Assembly (NCBI GenBank): GCA_963667015.2
Contig: CAXXJJ010000001.1
Span: 2,496,001-2,560,000, forward strand
Direction: 5' to 3'
From: Desulfatiglandales bacterium
Lineage (GTDB): Bacteria; Desulfobacterota; DSM-4660; Desulfatiglandales; HGW-15
Length of the DNA stretch: 64,000 nucleotides
Shown one piece after another: positions 40,207 to 51,230 of the stretch (within the stretch, counting starts at the first letter, position 1; each line of letters opens with the position of its first letter). The notes beneath the pieces were generated by a model. It was not told the origin of the DNA. It saw only the letters and a list, made by a program, of their open reading frames with translations, and did not search any database. Made by a program: the position numbers and the translations under genes.

Positions 40207-41910
40207 ATGAAAAAATATGCTATTCTGCTGATCATGGCAACTCTATTGTTCTCCGGCTGCGGGGACACAGGAAAGCCGACCGACGGGGAATCTGCAGGAA
40301 ACAGATCAGAAGGAGAGGGGAGTGAGATGTCTGCATTGCTGGCAAGGTTTGCACCTACCGGGATTGGCGTTGAAGACGCCAGCATCCCGGAGAAACATCG
40401 CAGCGTGATCAAAAAACTGGTCGAGGCGGCTGAGATTATTGACGAGTTGTTCCTGCTTCAGGTCGACAGCCGCAACAGGACCTGGCGTAATGAGATCGCC
40501 GGGGATCCCGGACTTAAAACAACGCTGGCCCTGTTCGACATAATGTATGGCCCCTGGAACCGGCTCGATCACAACAAACCCTTCTGGGGCAATGTGGAGA
40601 AACCAAGGGGCGCAAACTACTACCCTCAGGATATGACGAAGGAAGAGTTCGAACAGTGGATTGCAGATCATCCCGATCAAAAGGAGGCCTTCACCGGATA
40701 CTTTACACGGATCGAACGTGACGGAAACGGGCTCAGGGCAGTTCCCTATGCAGAGGCCTATAAAGATTATCTGGAGCCGGCGGCTAGGCTGCTCGATGAG
40801 GCGGCTGAAATGGCAGAGGACACACGGCTTGCTAAATTTCTCAAGTCCAGGGCGGCCGCATTCCGGTCTAATGAGTATCGTCAGAGCGACATGGACTGGA
40901 TGGATCTCGGTGACGGCGATATCGAGGTTGTGATCGGCCCATATGAGGTCTACGAGGATGAGCTGTTCGGTTACAAGGCGGCATTCGAAGCCTTTATTAC
41001 TCTTCGTGATCCCGTGGACTCGGCTGAACTCGAGAAGATTAAATCATACATCCCGGATATGGAGAGGTTTCTGCCGATACCGGATGAGTACAAGAACCTG
41101 GACCGCGGCTCCGAATCGCCTATCTCAGTGGTCGATGTACTGTTCACTGCCGGTGACACCCATGCAGGGGTTCAGACCCTGGCCTTCAACCTGCCAAACG
41201 ATGAAGTCGTGCGCGAAAAAAAGGGCTCCAAGAAGGTGATGCTCAAGAATGTGGCCCACGCCAAATACGACCGGATCCTTGTTCCTATTGCAGGACGTCT
41301 GATCGACGACGAACAGGTCAAACACGTTTCTTTTAAGGCGTTCTTCAACCACACCCTTGTTCACGAGACCGCCCACGGTCTGGGGCCAGGAAGGATTACT
41401 GTTGAGAAGGGCGGCAGGAAGGTAGAAACCAGCGTAAATGCCGAACTCAAGGAACTCTACCCGGTAATCGAGGAGGCCAAGGCGGACACCCTGGGTATGT
41501 ACCTCAACTATATGCTGATTGATAAAGGCATGCACACCGAGGAGTTTATGCAGAACGTCTACGCATCGTTCCTCGGCGGATTTTTCCGATCCGTGCGCTT
41601 TGGCGCCAGCGAAGCCCACGGCAGGGCCAACGTGATCCAGTTCAATTATCTTGCCGAAAAGGGAGCGATTATACGCCGCGAAAACGGCAAATATGCCTAT
41701 GTGGCGGACAGGATGCCAGAGGCAGTCAGGGCCCTGGCCCACGACATTCTGATGATCGAGGCCCTGGGCGACTACGACGGGGCAAAGACGTTTGTAAAAA
41801 AATACGGCGAGATGCCCGCGGAGATGAAGAAGGCCCTGGACAGCCTGTCGGACATTCCCACCGATATTCGTCCGACCTACCCGATCAAGAAGCAGATGGC
41901 CTCCTGGTAG
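40207..41910 (+). CDS. M49 (DPP III-like) zinc peptidase lipoprotein
   Basis: FSGC lipobox, GPYEVYED, AFNLPND, HETAH, EEAKAD. Confidence 0.85.
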   Translation: MKKYAILLIMATLLFSGCGDTGKPTDGESAGNRSEGEGSEMSALLARFAPTGIGVEDASIPEKHRSVIKKLVEAAEIIDELFLLQVDSRNRTWRNEIAGDPGLKTTLALFDIMYGPWNRLDHNKPFWGNVEKPRGANYYPQDMTKEEFEQWIADHPDQKEAFTGYFTRIERDGNGLRAVPYAEAYKDYLEPAARLLDEAAEMAEDTRLAKFLKSRAAAFRSNEYRQSDMDWMDLGDGDIEVVIGPYEVYEDELFGYKAAFEAFITLRDPVDSAELEKIKSYIPDMERFLPIPDEYKNLDRGSESPISVVDVLFTAGDTHAGVQTLAFNLPNDEVVREKKGSKKVMLKNVAHAKYDRILVPIAGRLIDDEQVKHVSFKAFFNHTLVHETAHGLGPGRITVEKGGRKVETSVNAELKELYPVIEEAKADTLGMYLNYMLIDKGMHTEEFMQNVYASFLGGFFRSVRFGASEAHGRANVIQFNYLAEKGAIIRRENGKYAYVADRMPEAVRALAHDILMIEALGDYDGAKTFVKKYGEMPAEMKKALDSLSDIPTDIRPTYPIKKQMASW

Positions 41911-42044
41911 TATCGGGTATAATTTTTTACTTTAAAAAATTATAAAAATACCATTAAAAATATTTTGATTTGACACTTCAATTTATATTGCTATGCTCAT
42001 TTATTTTCTGTATAACCCCGAATCATTTTTTCAGGAGCCGCGAT

Positions 42045-43151
42045 ATGATCGGTGGTACAGTAAGGGTTCATAATATAAATAAGTTTTTTGGTTCCACCCA
42101 GGTTTTGAAAGATATAAATCTTGAAATCAAAGCCGGGGAGTTCTTTTCTCTTTTAGGCCCGTCCGGCTGCGGTAAAACCACCTTATTAAGAATTATTGCC
42201 GGGTTTGAGACACCCTCATCAGGCGACCTTCTGCTCGATAACGAAAGCGTTCTTGACAAGGCTCCCAACCAGCGCCATGTAAATACTATTTTCCAGAATT
42301 ATGCACTGTTTCCCCACCTCACGGTTTTTGAAAACGTGGCCTTTTCACTTAGACTAAAAAAAACAGATAAAAATATAATAAAAACCAGGGTAGAAGAGTA
42401 CCTGAATCTGGTTCGGCTTAAAGAGCATATGGAAAAATATCCTGCGCAGCTTTCAGGGGGGCAAAGACAGCGGGTTGCCATTGCCAGGGCATTGATAAAC
42501 GAGCCCAGGGTGCTGCTTCTGGATGAACCCCTAAGCGCCCTTGACGCAAAACTGCGGCAGGATCTTTTGATGGAGCTGGACCGAATCCATGACATAATCG
42601 GCATTACCTTCATCTATGTAACTCATGACCAGGAAGAGGCTATGAGTGTATCCGACCGGATTGCAGTTATGCAGGATGGAAATCTCCTCCAGATCGGAAC
42701 GCCCTTTGAAATATATGAAAGCCCGTCAGATATGTTTGTGGCTGATTTCATCGGTGCATCCAATACCATTGAAGGCAGGGTTGTCGAAATGATGGAAAGG
42801 CTTGCCCGCATCAGAACCCTGGAGATTGGTGATGTCCTGGTTGACCTGGACAAACCCATGAAAACCGGTGATATGATAAAGGTTACCCTTCGGCCGGAAA
42901 AACTCCATATTTCAAAAAAACAGCCGGAAATTAATTTATCCACCTGGAATTGTATTTCCGGCAGGGTTGACCAGATGATTTACACCGGTTCCCATACCAG
43001 CTTTATAGTAAAATCCGAACAGGAGAAGGTTTTTAAGGTATTTAAGCAGCATGCCAAGTATTTTACCGACGAAGAGCCCATACAGTGGGAAGATAAGGTG
43101 TTTATATGGTGGCATGCCGATGACAGCTTTGTTGTCGAGGTTAACGGCTAA
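42045..43151 (+). CDS. potA: Polyamine ABC transporter ATPase
   Basis: GPSGCGKT, LSGGQRQR, DEPLSALD, TOBE-like tail. Confidence 0.9.
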   Translation: MIGGTVRVHNINKFFGSTQVLKDINLEIKAGEFFSLLGPSGCGKTTLLRIIAGFETPSSGDLLLDNESVLDKAPNQRHVNTIFQNYALFPHLTVFENVAFSLRLKKTDKNIIKTRVEEYLNLVRLKEHMEKYPAQLSGGQRQRVAIARALINEPRVLLLDEPLSALDAKLRQDLLMELDRIHDIIGITFIYVTHDQEEAMSVSDRIAVMQDGNLLQIGTPFEIYESPSDMFVADFIGASNTIEGRVVEMMERLARIRTLEIGDVLVDLDKPMKTGDMIKVTLRPEKLHISKKQPEINLSTWNCISGRVDQMIYTGSHTSFIVKSEQEKVFKVFKQHAKYFTDEEPIQWEDKVFIWWHADDSFVVEVNG

Positions 43152-43999
43152 TGATCAAAAATTACGGCCAGCGCTACACATCTCCTGTACTTGTGTGGCT
43201 TACATTATTTTTTGTGTTACCCTTTTCCATCATCCTGGTCGGGAGTTTTCTGACAAAGGGACTCTATGGCGGGTTTGAACCAGGTTTTTCTCTTGCAGCG
43301 TACAAGGCACTGTTTTCAGATACCATGCGCAAGGTAGCTGTTAACACTTTATTTATCAGCATAGCAACAACCGTAATTACAGTATTAATGGCTGTCCCGA
43401 CCGCATATTATATAGCCCGTTCCAGGTTTAAAGAGAAGCTGCTCTTCCTTGTGATTATCCCTTTCTGGACAAATTTTCTGATCCGGATATTTGCCTGGAT
43501 TGCCGTTCTCGGTAATAACGGGCTTGTCAATACCTTTCTGATTAATGTCGGTCTTTTTAACGCCCCTGTACGACTGCTGTATAACAAATGGGCTATCATC
43601 CTTATAATGATATACACATCTCTGCCATTTGCTATTTTGCCTCTTTATGCAGTAATTGAAAAATTCGATTTTTCCCTGCTTGAGGCAGCACGGGATCTCG
43701 GGGCCACAAAGTCTCAGTCAATGTTTAAAATCCTTATGCCCCTGATTATTCCGGGTATATCCACTGCAGTACTGTTTACATTCATCCCGGCCTTTGGAAA
43801 TTTTGCCATCCCTGATATTGTCGGCGGTACTGACGTCCGGATGCTGGGGAATATCATAAATGAAAAGCTCAAGACAGCACGAAACTGGCCCTCGGCGGCC
43901 GCCATTTCCATGGTGCTTACAACAATATCGGTAGTCATGGTCCTGCTCTTTAACCGCATAACTGCATCAAAAGAGAAAAAGATTCAGGGGGACTCCTGA
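43151..43999 (+). CDS. potB: Polyamine ABC transporter permease
   Basis: IPFWTNFLIR, LEAARDLGA. Confidence 0.88.
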   Translation: MIKNYGQRYTSPVLVWLTLFFVLPFSIILVGSFLTKGLYGGFEPGFSLAAYKALFSDTMRKVAVNTLFISIATTVITVLMAVPTAYYIARSRFKEKLLFLVIIPFWTNFLIRIFAWIAVLGNNGLVNTFLINVGLFNAPVRLLYNKWAIILIMIYTSLPFAILPLYAVIEKFDFSLLEAARDLGATKSQSMFKILMPLIIPGISTAVLFTFIPAFGNFAIPDIVGGTDVRMLGNIINEKLKTARNWPSAAAISMVLTTISVVMVLLFNRITASKEKKIQGDS

Positions 44000-44000
44000 T

Positions 44001-44798
44001 ATGGTGAATGATATGAACAGGGCAGGTGAAAGGCACCGAATATCCGGCCTGTTTTTCTGGGCTACGATGATCTTTTTTTATGCACCGCTCATGGTACTGG
44101 TCATCTTTTCCTTTAACGAAGGAAAATCAATGAATTTTACAGGATTTTCCTTCAGGTGGTACAAGGTCCTGTTTTTTGACTCGGCCAAACTGTGGGGTTC
44201 CTTTTACAATACGGTCATCATTGCCCTTGTTTCCGCAATGGTTTCAACGGTTATAGGAACCCTGGGGGCTATCGGTGTTTACTGGCATCATTTTAAACTC
44301 AAAAAATACCTTGAGGTAGTTTCCTACCTGCCGATTATTCTACCGGAGATTATTATCGGGGTATCCATGCTCATGTTTTTTGCCGGTACAAAAATACCCC
44401 TGGGGATCACAACTATAATCATTGCCCATATAACATTCAACATACCATATGTGATGCTTATCGTTATAGCGAGGCTTTCGGAGTTTGATTATTCGATCAT
44501 CGAGGCAGCCCATGACCTTGGAGCCAGAGAAATTGATACCCTGCTGAAGGTCATAATACCCATGTGCATGCCGGGTATTGTTTCCGGTTTTCTTGTAGCT
44601 ATCACCCTCTCAATCGATGATTTCGTAATTACTTTTTTTGTCACAGGACCCGGCGCATCAACCCTGCCGCTTCATATTTACTCCATGCTTCGGTTCGGGC
44701 TGTCCCCGGCAATCAATTCCCTTTCGGTAATATTGATCATCGGGAGCCTTGTCCTGGCGTTTATGTCAAAAAGACTGTTCAGACACATGTTTAAATAA
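44001..44798 (+). CDS. potC: Polyamine ABC transporter permease
   Basis: FSFN, IEAAHDLGA, LSIDDFVITFF. Confidence 0.88.
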   Translation: MVNDMNRAGERHRISGLFFWATMIFFYAPLMVLVIFSFNEGKSMNFTGFSFRWYKVLFFDSAKLWGSFYNTVIIALVSAMVSTVIGTLGAIGVYWHHFKLKKYLEVVSYLPIILPEIIIGVSMLMFFAGTKIPLGITTIIIAHITFNIPYVMLIVIARLSEFDYSIIEAAHDLGAREIDTLLKVIIPMCMPGIVSGFLVAITLSIDDFVITFFVTGPGASTLPLHIYSMLRFGLSPAINSLSVILIIGSLVLAFMSKRLFRHMFK

Positions 44799-44812
44799 AG
44801 GAGAAAAACACA

Positions 44813-45835
44813 ATGAAAAAAATAATTTTTTTGCTGGTTTGCGTATTTTCTGTTTTGTATGTCTTCAGCTGCGGTAGCAGTAAGGAAAAACTGTATATAT
44901 ACAACTGGACCTATTATACCCCTCCGGAAGTAATCAAGGGATTTGAGGAAAAATACAATGTTGAAGTTGTTTATGATGAATTTGCATCCAATGAGGAGAT
45001 GTTTGCCAAGCTCAAGGCAGGCGGTTCAGGATATGACATTACTTTCCCTTCTGCGGATTATGTAACAATCATGATAAACGAAGGAATGCTGGAAAAGATT
45101 GATAAAAATCTTGTCCCCAACTTCAGGAATATCGATCCGGACCTTATAGCCGGTATCGAGTATGACAAAAACTGTGAATACTCAGTCCCCTATATGAAAG
45201 GTGCATCCGGTGTTGCAGTTAACACAAAGTATGTCAAAGATTATAAAAAAGACATGAGTATTTTCCTCAACCCCGAACTCAAGGGCAGAATGACCCTGCT
45301 TGATGACATGCGTGAAGTTATGGGGTTTGCACTTAAGGCAAACGGTTTTTCAGTAAACTCCGTAAATCCGGAAGAGCTTAAAATAGCGAAGAACCTCGTT
45401 CTCCAGTGGCGTGACAATATACTTAAATTCGATGCGGAATCATTTGGCAAAGGTTTTGCTTCCGGTGAATTCTGGGTGGTTCAGGGATATGAAGAGGTTG
45501 TCTTTGATGAGCTGGAAGATTCTGCAAAGGCTGATGTGGACTTCTTTATTCCTGAAACCGGCGGGCCGTTATACATAGATTCAATGGTTATCCTGAAGGG
45601 ATCAAAGAACATGGATCTGGCACACAAGTTTATCAACTATATACATGAACCTGATGTATATGCAAAGTTTGTGGATTATTTCGGGTTCCCTTCAATCAAC
45701 GTGCCTGCCCGTGCAATCCGAACCGGTAAACCGGTTTATACTGAAGAAGATCTTAAGAATTGCGAGTTAAAGCTGGACCTTGGAGATAAGCTGGAGATGT
45801 ATAATGCCATCTGGGAAGAGATTAAGGTGAAATAA
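44813..45835 (+). CDS. potD: Polyamine-binding lipoprotein
   Basis: YNWTYY, SNEEMFAKL, LLDDMRE. Confidence 0.88.
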   Translation: MKKIIFLLVCVFSVLYVFSCGSSKEKLYIYNWTYYTPPEVIKGFEEKYNVEVVYDEFASNEEMFAKLKAGGSGYDITFPSADYVTIMINEGMLEKIDKNLVPNFRNIDPDLIAGIEYDKNCEYSVPYMKGASGVAVNTKYVKDYKKDMSIFLNPELKGRMTLLDDMREVMGFALKANGFSVNSVNPEELKIAKNLVLQWRDNILKFDAESFGKGFASGEFWVVQGYEEVVFDELEDSAKADVDFFIPETGGPLYIDSMVILKGSKNMDLAHKFINYIHEPDVYAKFVDYFGFPSINVPARAIRTGKPVYTEEDLKNCELKLDLGDKLEMYNAIWEEIKVK

Positions 45836-45845
45836 CCAATTCTAT

Positions 45846-45876
45846 TGCAGAGACCGGTTTATAACCGGTCTCTGCA
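45846..45876. terminator. Hairpin after potD (REP-like or terminator)
   Basis: TGCAGAGACCGGTT-TAT-AACCGGTCTCTGCA. Confidence 0.65.
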
Positions 45877-45927
45877 GGTTTTTCCGGATTTATACTGATT
45901 TCTCGTAAACTTCATTTAATATTACAG

Positions 45928-46004
45928 GACACGGATTTACACAGATGTACACGGATCTTTTATTTTTTTATTTTTAATCCTAAAAATCCGTGTTGATCAG
46001 TGTC
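45928..46004. repeat. ACACGGAT-type miniature inverted repeat
   Basis: GACACGGAT/TTACACAGAT/GTACACGGAT, then inverted AATCCGTGTTGATCAGTGTC. Confidence 0.55.
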
Positions 46005-46168
46005 TAATCCATTACTTTTCTCAGTTTTCTACTTGATCAATCTTTCCAGCTTTTCGGCAAGCAGCCAGGCTGATCTCTGATTTATTGTTTTCACTAACAG
46101 CCTTTAGCCTAAAATGCTTCAGCCTGCATTATAGTCTTCTGCCTAAAAAACATAGGAAATATTCTTAC

Positions 46169-46197
46169 TTGACGTATTGTCAATATGTAACTACAAT
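46169..46197 (+). promoter_or_regulatory. Sigma70 promoter of brnTA with overlapping dyad
   Basis: TTGACG-N17-TACAAT; dyad TTGAC-N5-GTCAA. Confidence 0.6.
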
Positions 46198-46203
46198 AAT
46201 GCC

Positions 46204-46479
46204 ATGAAATTCGAATGGGATGATACAAAACGTAAATCAAATATTAAAAAGCATGGAATTGATTTCATTGATGCTCCGATAATATTTTCCGGCTATACTC
46301 TTACGATTGAAGATGACCGCTATGATTATGGTGAAGAGCGTTTTGTAACATTTGGAGTCCTTGGTGGTAGAGTCGTGTCGGTTGTTCACACAGAAACCGA
46401 GGATTTAATAAGAATTATTTCAATACGAAAGGCGACAAAAAATGAAGAAAAAGGATATTTCTCGCAAATCCCAGACTGA
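46204..46479 (+). CDS. brnT: BrnT-family toxin
   Basis: MKFEWD..K..SNIKKHGIDF, YGEER, IRIISIRKA. Confidence 0.92.
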   Translation: MKFEWDDTKRKSNIKKHGIDFIDAPIIFSGYTLTIEDDRYDYGEERFVTFGVLGGRVVSVVHTETEDLIRIISIRKATKNEEKGYFSQIPD

Positions 46480-46741
46480 TTTGGATCGAGTTGATAAAAT
46501 AAAGGATAAAGATATAGATTTTTCTGACAATCCTGAAGTTACACCTGAGATGTTTGCAAAATCCGCTGTAAGAAAAGGTCTTAAAACTGTTAAACGAAAA
46601 ACTCAGGTTACTTTGAGGATTGATGAAGATGTATTATCTTGGTTCAAAAAACAGGGAACAGGTTATCAAACGCGTATTAATTCATTACTTAAAGCATATA
46701 AAGAAGCACATCAGGAGCACACGGGCAGAACAAGTCACTAA
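46442..46741 (+). CDS. brnA: BrnA-family antitoxin
   Basis: K.QVTLRIDEDVLSWFK..G.GYQTRIN. Confidence 0.92.
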   Translation: MKKKDISRKSQTDLDRVDKIKDKDIDFSDNPEVTPEMFAKSAVRKGLKTVKRKTQVTLRIDEDVLSWFKKQGTGYQTRINSLLKAYKEAHQEHTGRTSH

Positions 46742-47085
46742 ACAAGGTGCGACAAGAAGTCGCCTTTATATATGGCAATGCGGGATTTTATACGCCCGAG
46801 GGAAATGATCATATCGAGGTTATAAAAAGGAATTTTCCTTTCCTCGTTTCTGCTGCCTTCTGTTTGAACCTGTCGGAATTTCCGACAGGTTGCCTCTTGG
46901 GTCAATTCTCCTTCCTCAAAAATGTGCTTAATGTGTTTGACGATATTGGTTCGTGATGATTGGTACAGTTCCGCCATTTGCTGTTGGCTTAACCACATAT
47001 CCTCGTTTTCAAACCGGACTTTAATGTCAGTTTTTCCGTCTTCGGTTTTATAAATAATTATATTGTTATGTTCTTCCTTTTTCAT
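46738..47085 (-). pseudogene. RhuM-family 5' fragment
   Basis: MWLSQQQMAELY, EATCRKFRQVQTEG, YNLDMIISLG, then breaks off. Confidence 0.8.
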
Positions 47086-47236
47086 TACCGGCTTCCCTCC
47101 AGATCCGCGACGATTTCATCAATCGACTTGCGCAGTTCGTTCTGCCGGGCAACGATCTCTTTAATTTCGGCGTTGAGTTTTTGTATATCAATCACCTCGC
47201 GGGTGTCCTTTTATTCCACATAGGAGGTTAACGACC
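47085..47236 (-). pseudogene. hsdM: 3' remnant of a type I restriction-modification M subunit
   Basis: [45 protein letters not shown], with an internal stop; TAATG coupling to rhuM. Confidence 0.7.
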
Positions 47237-47261
47237 TTTACCAGTGAGATCTCCATGGATA

Positions 47262-47411
47262 AAAATCAGCCACGATAAAGCAATGCAAAAAGCTGAAAAG
47301 GAATACCGAAAACATCAGGTAAAAACACTCACGCCTGTGGAAAAAGCCTATCTGGATACCATTAGGACCGTGCAGAAAAAGGTTGAGAAGAAAACAAAAA
47401 ACGAGAATTAA
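47262..47411 (+). pseudogene. RhuM-family 3' fragment on the opposite strand
   Basis: KISHDKAMQKAEKEYRKHQVKTLTPVEKAYL. Confidence 0.65.
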
Positions 47412-47908
47412 TTTTAAGTAACACCGGCTACCCTTTGAGCCTTGAGCTTTCAACTTTGAATTTGTTGTCTCTCCTAACAGCCTATAGACTATACTGTAGC
47501 CTGCTTTCCCCCTGACCTACGATCTCTGGCTTTTCCTGCTTCGCTTCCCTCTGCGCTCTGCCCTATGCACTATGCTGTTTTAACCTCTTGCCCATCCAAT
47601 GATTTTCTGCTAAAAACAAATCATTCAAAAATTTAAGCAATCCCAATTAGTTAAGCAATAATTTGGTATCTTTTTTATAATACTGAACCTGAATTTGCGA
47701 AACAGCCCGCTACGCAATTGTTTAGTATTCCCTGGTGACATAATATGGCTATTGTAAGTAAATGCGAAACGATTAAAAAAGTATTGTTTTACATACAGAA
47801 GGCCATTTGCGACAGAGCCTGATTTTGGTGTCACAAGTGTGAATTACGATTTATCCGAACTGGTGGAAAAGGCCGAGGAGCCACGATAACTACACCAAGA
47901 GAATATAA

Positions 47909-48307
47909 AAATATGGTGGAACCGACCCTGAACTGATCGAAGGAGATGTCTTTCGCACTGTGATCAGTATACTGGAATATGGCGCCAACCCTGCTGAAAA
48001 GTATGATATTGTTCAGGTGGAATCCGATTCAGGGGCCCAAGTCAAGGCCCAAGAGGCCCAAGTCGGACTTCTCAAGTGGCAGGTGGATATACTACAATCC
48101 TGCCTTGTTAATGAAAGATCAGGCAAAGAAATATTGGAAATTGCCGGATATAAGAGTCGCACAGGAAACTTTAAAAAAGGGCTGCAAAAACTGATTAATT
48201 TTCAACTGCTTGAATTGACCCTTCCTGATAAACCCAAAAGCCGTTTGCAGAAATATCGGTTGACGAAAAAGGGCCGTGAGGTGTTAAAAAGAATATCATC
48301 ACCTTAA
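47909..48307 (+). pseudogene. 3' remnant of a RecG/Fic-associated ATP-binding regulator (C-terminal wHTH)
   Basis: KYGGTDPELIEGDVFRTVI...LELTLPDKPKSRLQKYRLT; no credible start. Confidence 0.55.
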
Positions 48308-49925
48308 TTGAGTTTAAATTTACATATTAAGTATTCCATGTAAAGTTGATGGCCTTTTCTTTACATTTCAAGCTGTATATGTAAAAAACAATTGTTTACT
48401 TTACATATCCTGCAAATATAGAAGAAGCTAAGACTATCGGCAATTTTCATATAAAAATAAAAATTTTTGTCTCTGACATCTGCCCTCTATCTTTTCCTGA
48501 CCTCTGATAACTGATTTCTGGTCTCTAGCTTTTACCTGTTTTCCCTAACAGCCTTCAGCCTGCCTAATTTAATCTCTTGAAATTTCCTGAAAAAATTTTT
48601 AAAACTAACCAGTCATATCATTTCAGTCTCAACGAATTACTGTCTTAAAAAGTTTTCCTGAATTACTTGAATCAATCAAAATACATTTGTTTATTAACAT
48701 CAGACCCGTTTACGGATGGGCACTAGAGGTAAATGACTATGAAAATCATTGATATTGAGAAGATTGATCCTTCCCCTTTTCAGCACCGCAGGCATATAAG
48801 TGATGATAAACTCAGGGAGCTTGCCCTGAGTATAACGCGTGACGGGCTTATTGAACCTGTAGTCTTAAGGCGCTGTAACGGGCGTTTTCAGCTCATATGT
48901 GGCGAAAGAAGGTTAAGGGTAGTTAAAAATATACTGATATGCGGACCATACTCTCCCGGGTAATCAAGGCGAATGACCTTGAGGCAAGGCGCATGTGCGC
49001 TGCGGAAAACCTTCAGCGTGAAAATTTATCGGTTATTGAAACAATAGAGACCATTGTTGACCTTGTCGATTCCGAGCTTTACGGTGATGAAGTGTATGAC
49101 AGCATGGGCGAATCCGCCATATATAGGTTGAAAAATCTTCTTGCCAGGCTGGATTCGATTCGAAGAAGCAAAAACAGGGGATCGAGTATTTCAGAAGAAT
49201 CAAGCGACCTGTCCCATAAATTTATGGGACAGGTAGAAAATATCTTCAAAAATCTGCCCAAGTCATTGAAATGGCGATCATTTTACGAAAATGACCTCCA
49301 GATTTTACTGGACACCTCAGATGAGGTACTGACTGCCGCAATAGATCATAATCTAAATCGGTCACAGGTGAAAGCTCTGGAAGGGCTTAGGCGTGCGTCT
49401 CATGATGAATTTAAAAGGATCACTGGAACAGGGCAGGGTAAGTCCGGTGCAGAGATACTCGGACTTAGCGCAAATGAGATAAAAGACATTACTGAAAAGG
49501 CAGTCAGAAAGATGCAGCTTGAACAGCCCGAAATTACTGGTCCGGGTGCGTTGTCAAAGGATGTGGCAGTGTTCAGTCTGAACAGGCTTGGTTATTCCGG
49601 TAAAAAGATTTCCTCTCTTCTAGGCGTAAATCGCAAAACAGTAATGGCATACATTCAAAAGGAAAAGACTGCTAATCGAGTGAAAAAGGCAATCAAAGCA
49701 GGTAAAACTGTAAGCCAGGCAGCAATGGAAAATAACAGTCCTCCTGCCCCCGCCTGGTCAATCGCTCTTGAAGATAAAGACGACATGGAGCGTTTCAGGC
49801 TTCTGGGATGGGGTTTAAGGACATGGGATTACTGGTTTTACAATGATGTGGATAAGCGTTTTGGCGACGACTGGCCCGGCCGTATTCCGGCCCAGATGAT
49901 AGCACATATGCTCTACTATTTTACT

Positions 49926-51230
49926 GGATCATCCGGTTAATGAGTACGCCTGAGAGTGTAAATGATACAATCTCAATTTAAAGTATACCATATCCCGAAA
50001 GCCATAGGCCTGTCTTTTAAGGGTTTTTATTTTATTATTAATACCTTCGACTTGAGCGGAAGTAATTCGATGGAAAAAGTAGTTCAATAAACCATGGCTA
50101 TGCTGCATAAGGGTTTTGGATACTTTTACTAAAGGTTTTATGCCTGATTTTTCAGCATCAGTGCACCACGCATCCAGGAACAAAGCTGCGTCAATGTAAG
50201 TGTCTTTTTCCCAAAATTGTCTCAGTTGTTCTTTCATTGTATGGGCAGTGAAAAGAGGTTCGTTGACCCGGAGCAAGTTATTAAGGCGGTCTTGCTTTTC
50301 ATCACAAAGTTTTTCGTAATTTTTCAAAAGAAGGAAGCGGGAGCCTTTTATGAGATTTGCTCCTTCTTGATCGATTTTTGCCTGTTGCTCCCGCCTCACA
50401 TCCTCAATGGCATTGTTCATTAAAGCAGAGATGTGATAGTGATCGAAAACTATTGGTACAAGGGGCAAATGCTCCTGCACTGCAGCGATAAAGCTTTTAC
50501 TCATGTCCATGGCAATGGCTTTTAGCTTAGGGGATCTTTTTTTTATGCGTTTTAGAAAGGGTTCTATATCTTCACCTGATCGGCCTTCAACGGCGTGGAG
50601 TATACGTCCTGATTTAAGATCAACAAAGATACTCATATAATTATGACCTTTTCTAATACTGAATTCATCAATGCCCAGGTATTCTAATTTTTCCAATGGT
50701 GGTGTTTTGTAACGGCGTTTTAAGTGTTCCTTATGGATATCTTTAATCAGATCCCAACCAACACTTAGAATGCTGGCTGTTCCGGAGATAGTCATCCAGT
50801 GTAGTAGATCAATAGCAAATTTTGCGAAACGCCTTGTATATCGTTTTTTACCCTCGGAAAAAGGGAGTTTAGGCCATCTTAGAGAGTGACAGTCTTCACA
50901 ATAAAGACGCCATATCTTTACCCTTAGAAAGGTTGGCCTCGAACCTATGGGGTTCATTTTAAAATCCCTGATTTTTACACCCTTTTGTCTGCTTGTTTTA
51001 TGACTTTTACACTCAGGGCAATACTCAATGGAATTTGATACTTCTGAGTTAAATATAGTAACCCCATTTTTATATTTTGTAGAAATATACTTGACTCCTT
51101 TGATTCCAAAGGCATGATAGAGTAATGAGGTGGACATGTGGTTGATACCTCCTTTTGGTGTGGTTACCATTGGATTATCAACCTATTCCACCTCTATTTC
51201 AACTTTATGTACTCATTAACCGGATGATCC
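49926..51230 (-). mobile_element. Complete ISL3-family insertion sequence (1305 bp)
   Basis: Perfect 22-bp IRs GGATCATCCGGTTAATGAGTAC; 8-bp TSD ATTTTACT at 49918-49925 and 51231-51238. Confidence 0.95.
49929..51137 (-). CDS. ISL3-family transposase
   Basis: CPEC/CEDC zinc finger, GIDEF, AMDM, DHYH, EGINNKIKTLKRQAYGFR. Confidence 0.95.
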   Translation of the reverse strand: MSTSLLYHAFGIKGVKYISTKYKNGVTIFNSEVSNSIEYCPECKSHKTSRQKGVKIRDFKMNPIGSRPTFLRVKIWRLYCEDCHSLRWPKLPFSEGKKRYTRRFAKFAIDLLHWMTISGTASILSVGWDLIKDIHKEHLKRRYKTPPLEKLEYLGIDEFSIRKGHNYMSIFVDLKSGRILHAVEGRSGEDIEPFLKRIKKRSPKLKAIAMDMSKSFIAAVQEHLPLVPIVFDHYHISALMNNAIEDVRREQQAKIDQEGANLIKGSRFLLLKNYEKLCDEKQDRLNNLLRVNEPLFTAHTMKEQLRQFWEKDTYIDAALFLDAWCTDAEKSGIKPLVKVSKTLMQHSHGLLNYFFHRITSAQVEGINNKIKTLKRQAYGFRDMVYFKLRLYHLHSQAYSLTG

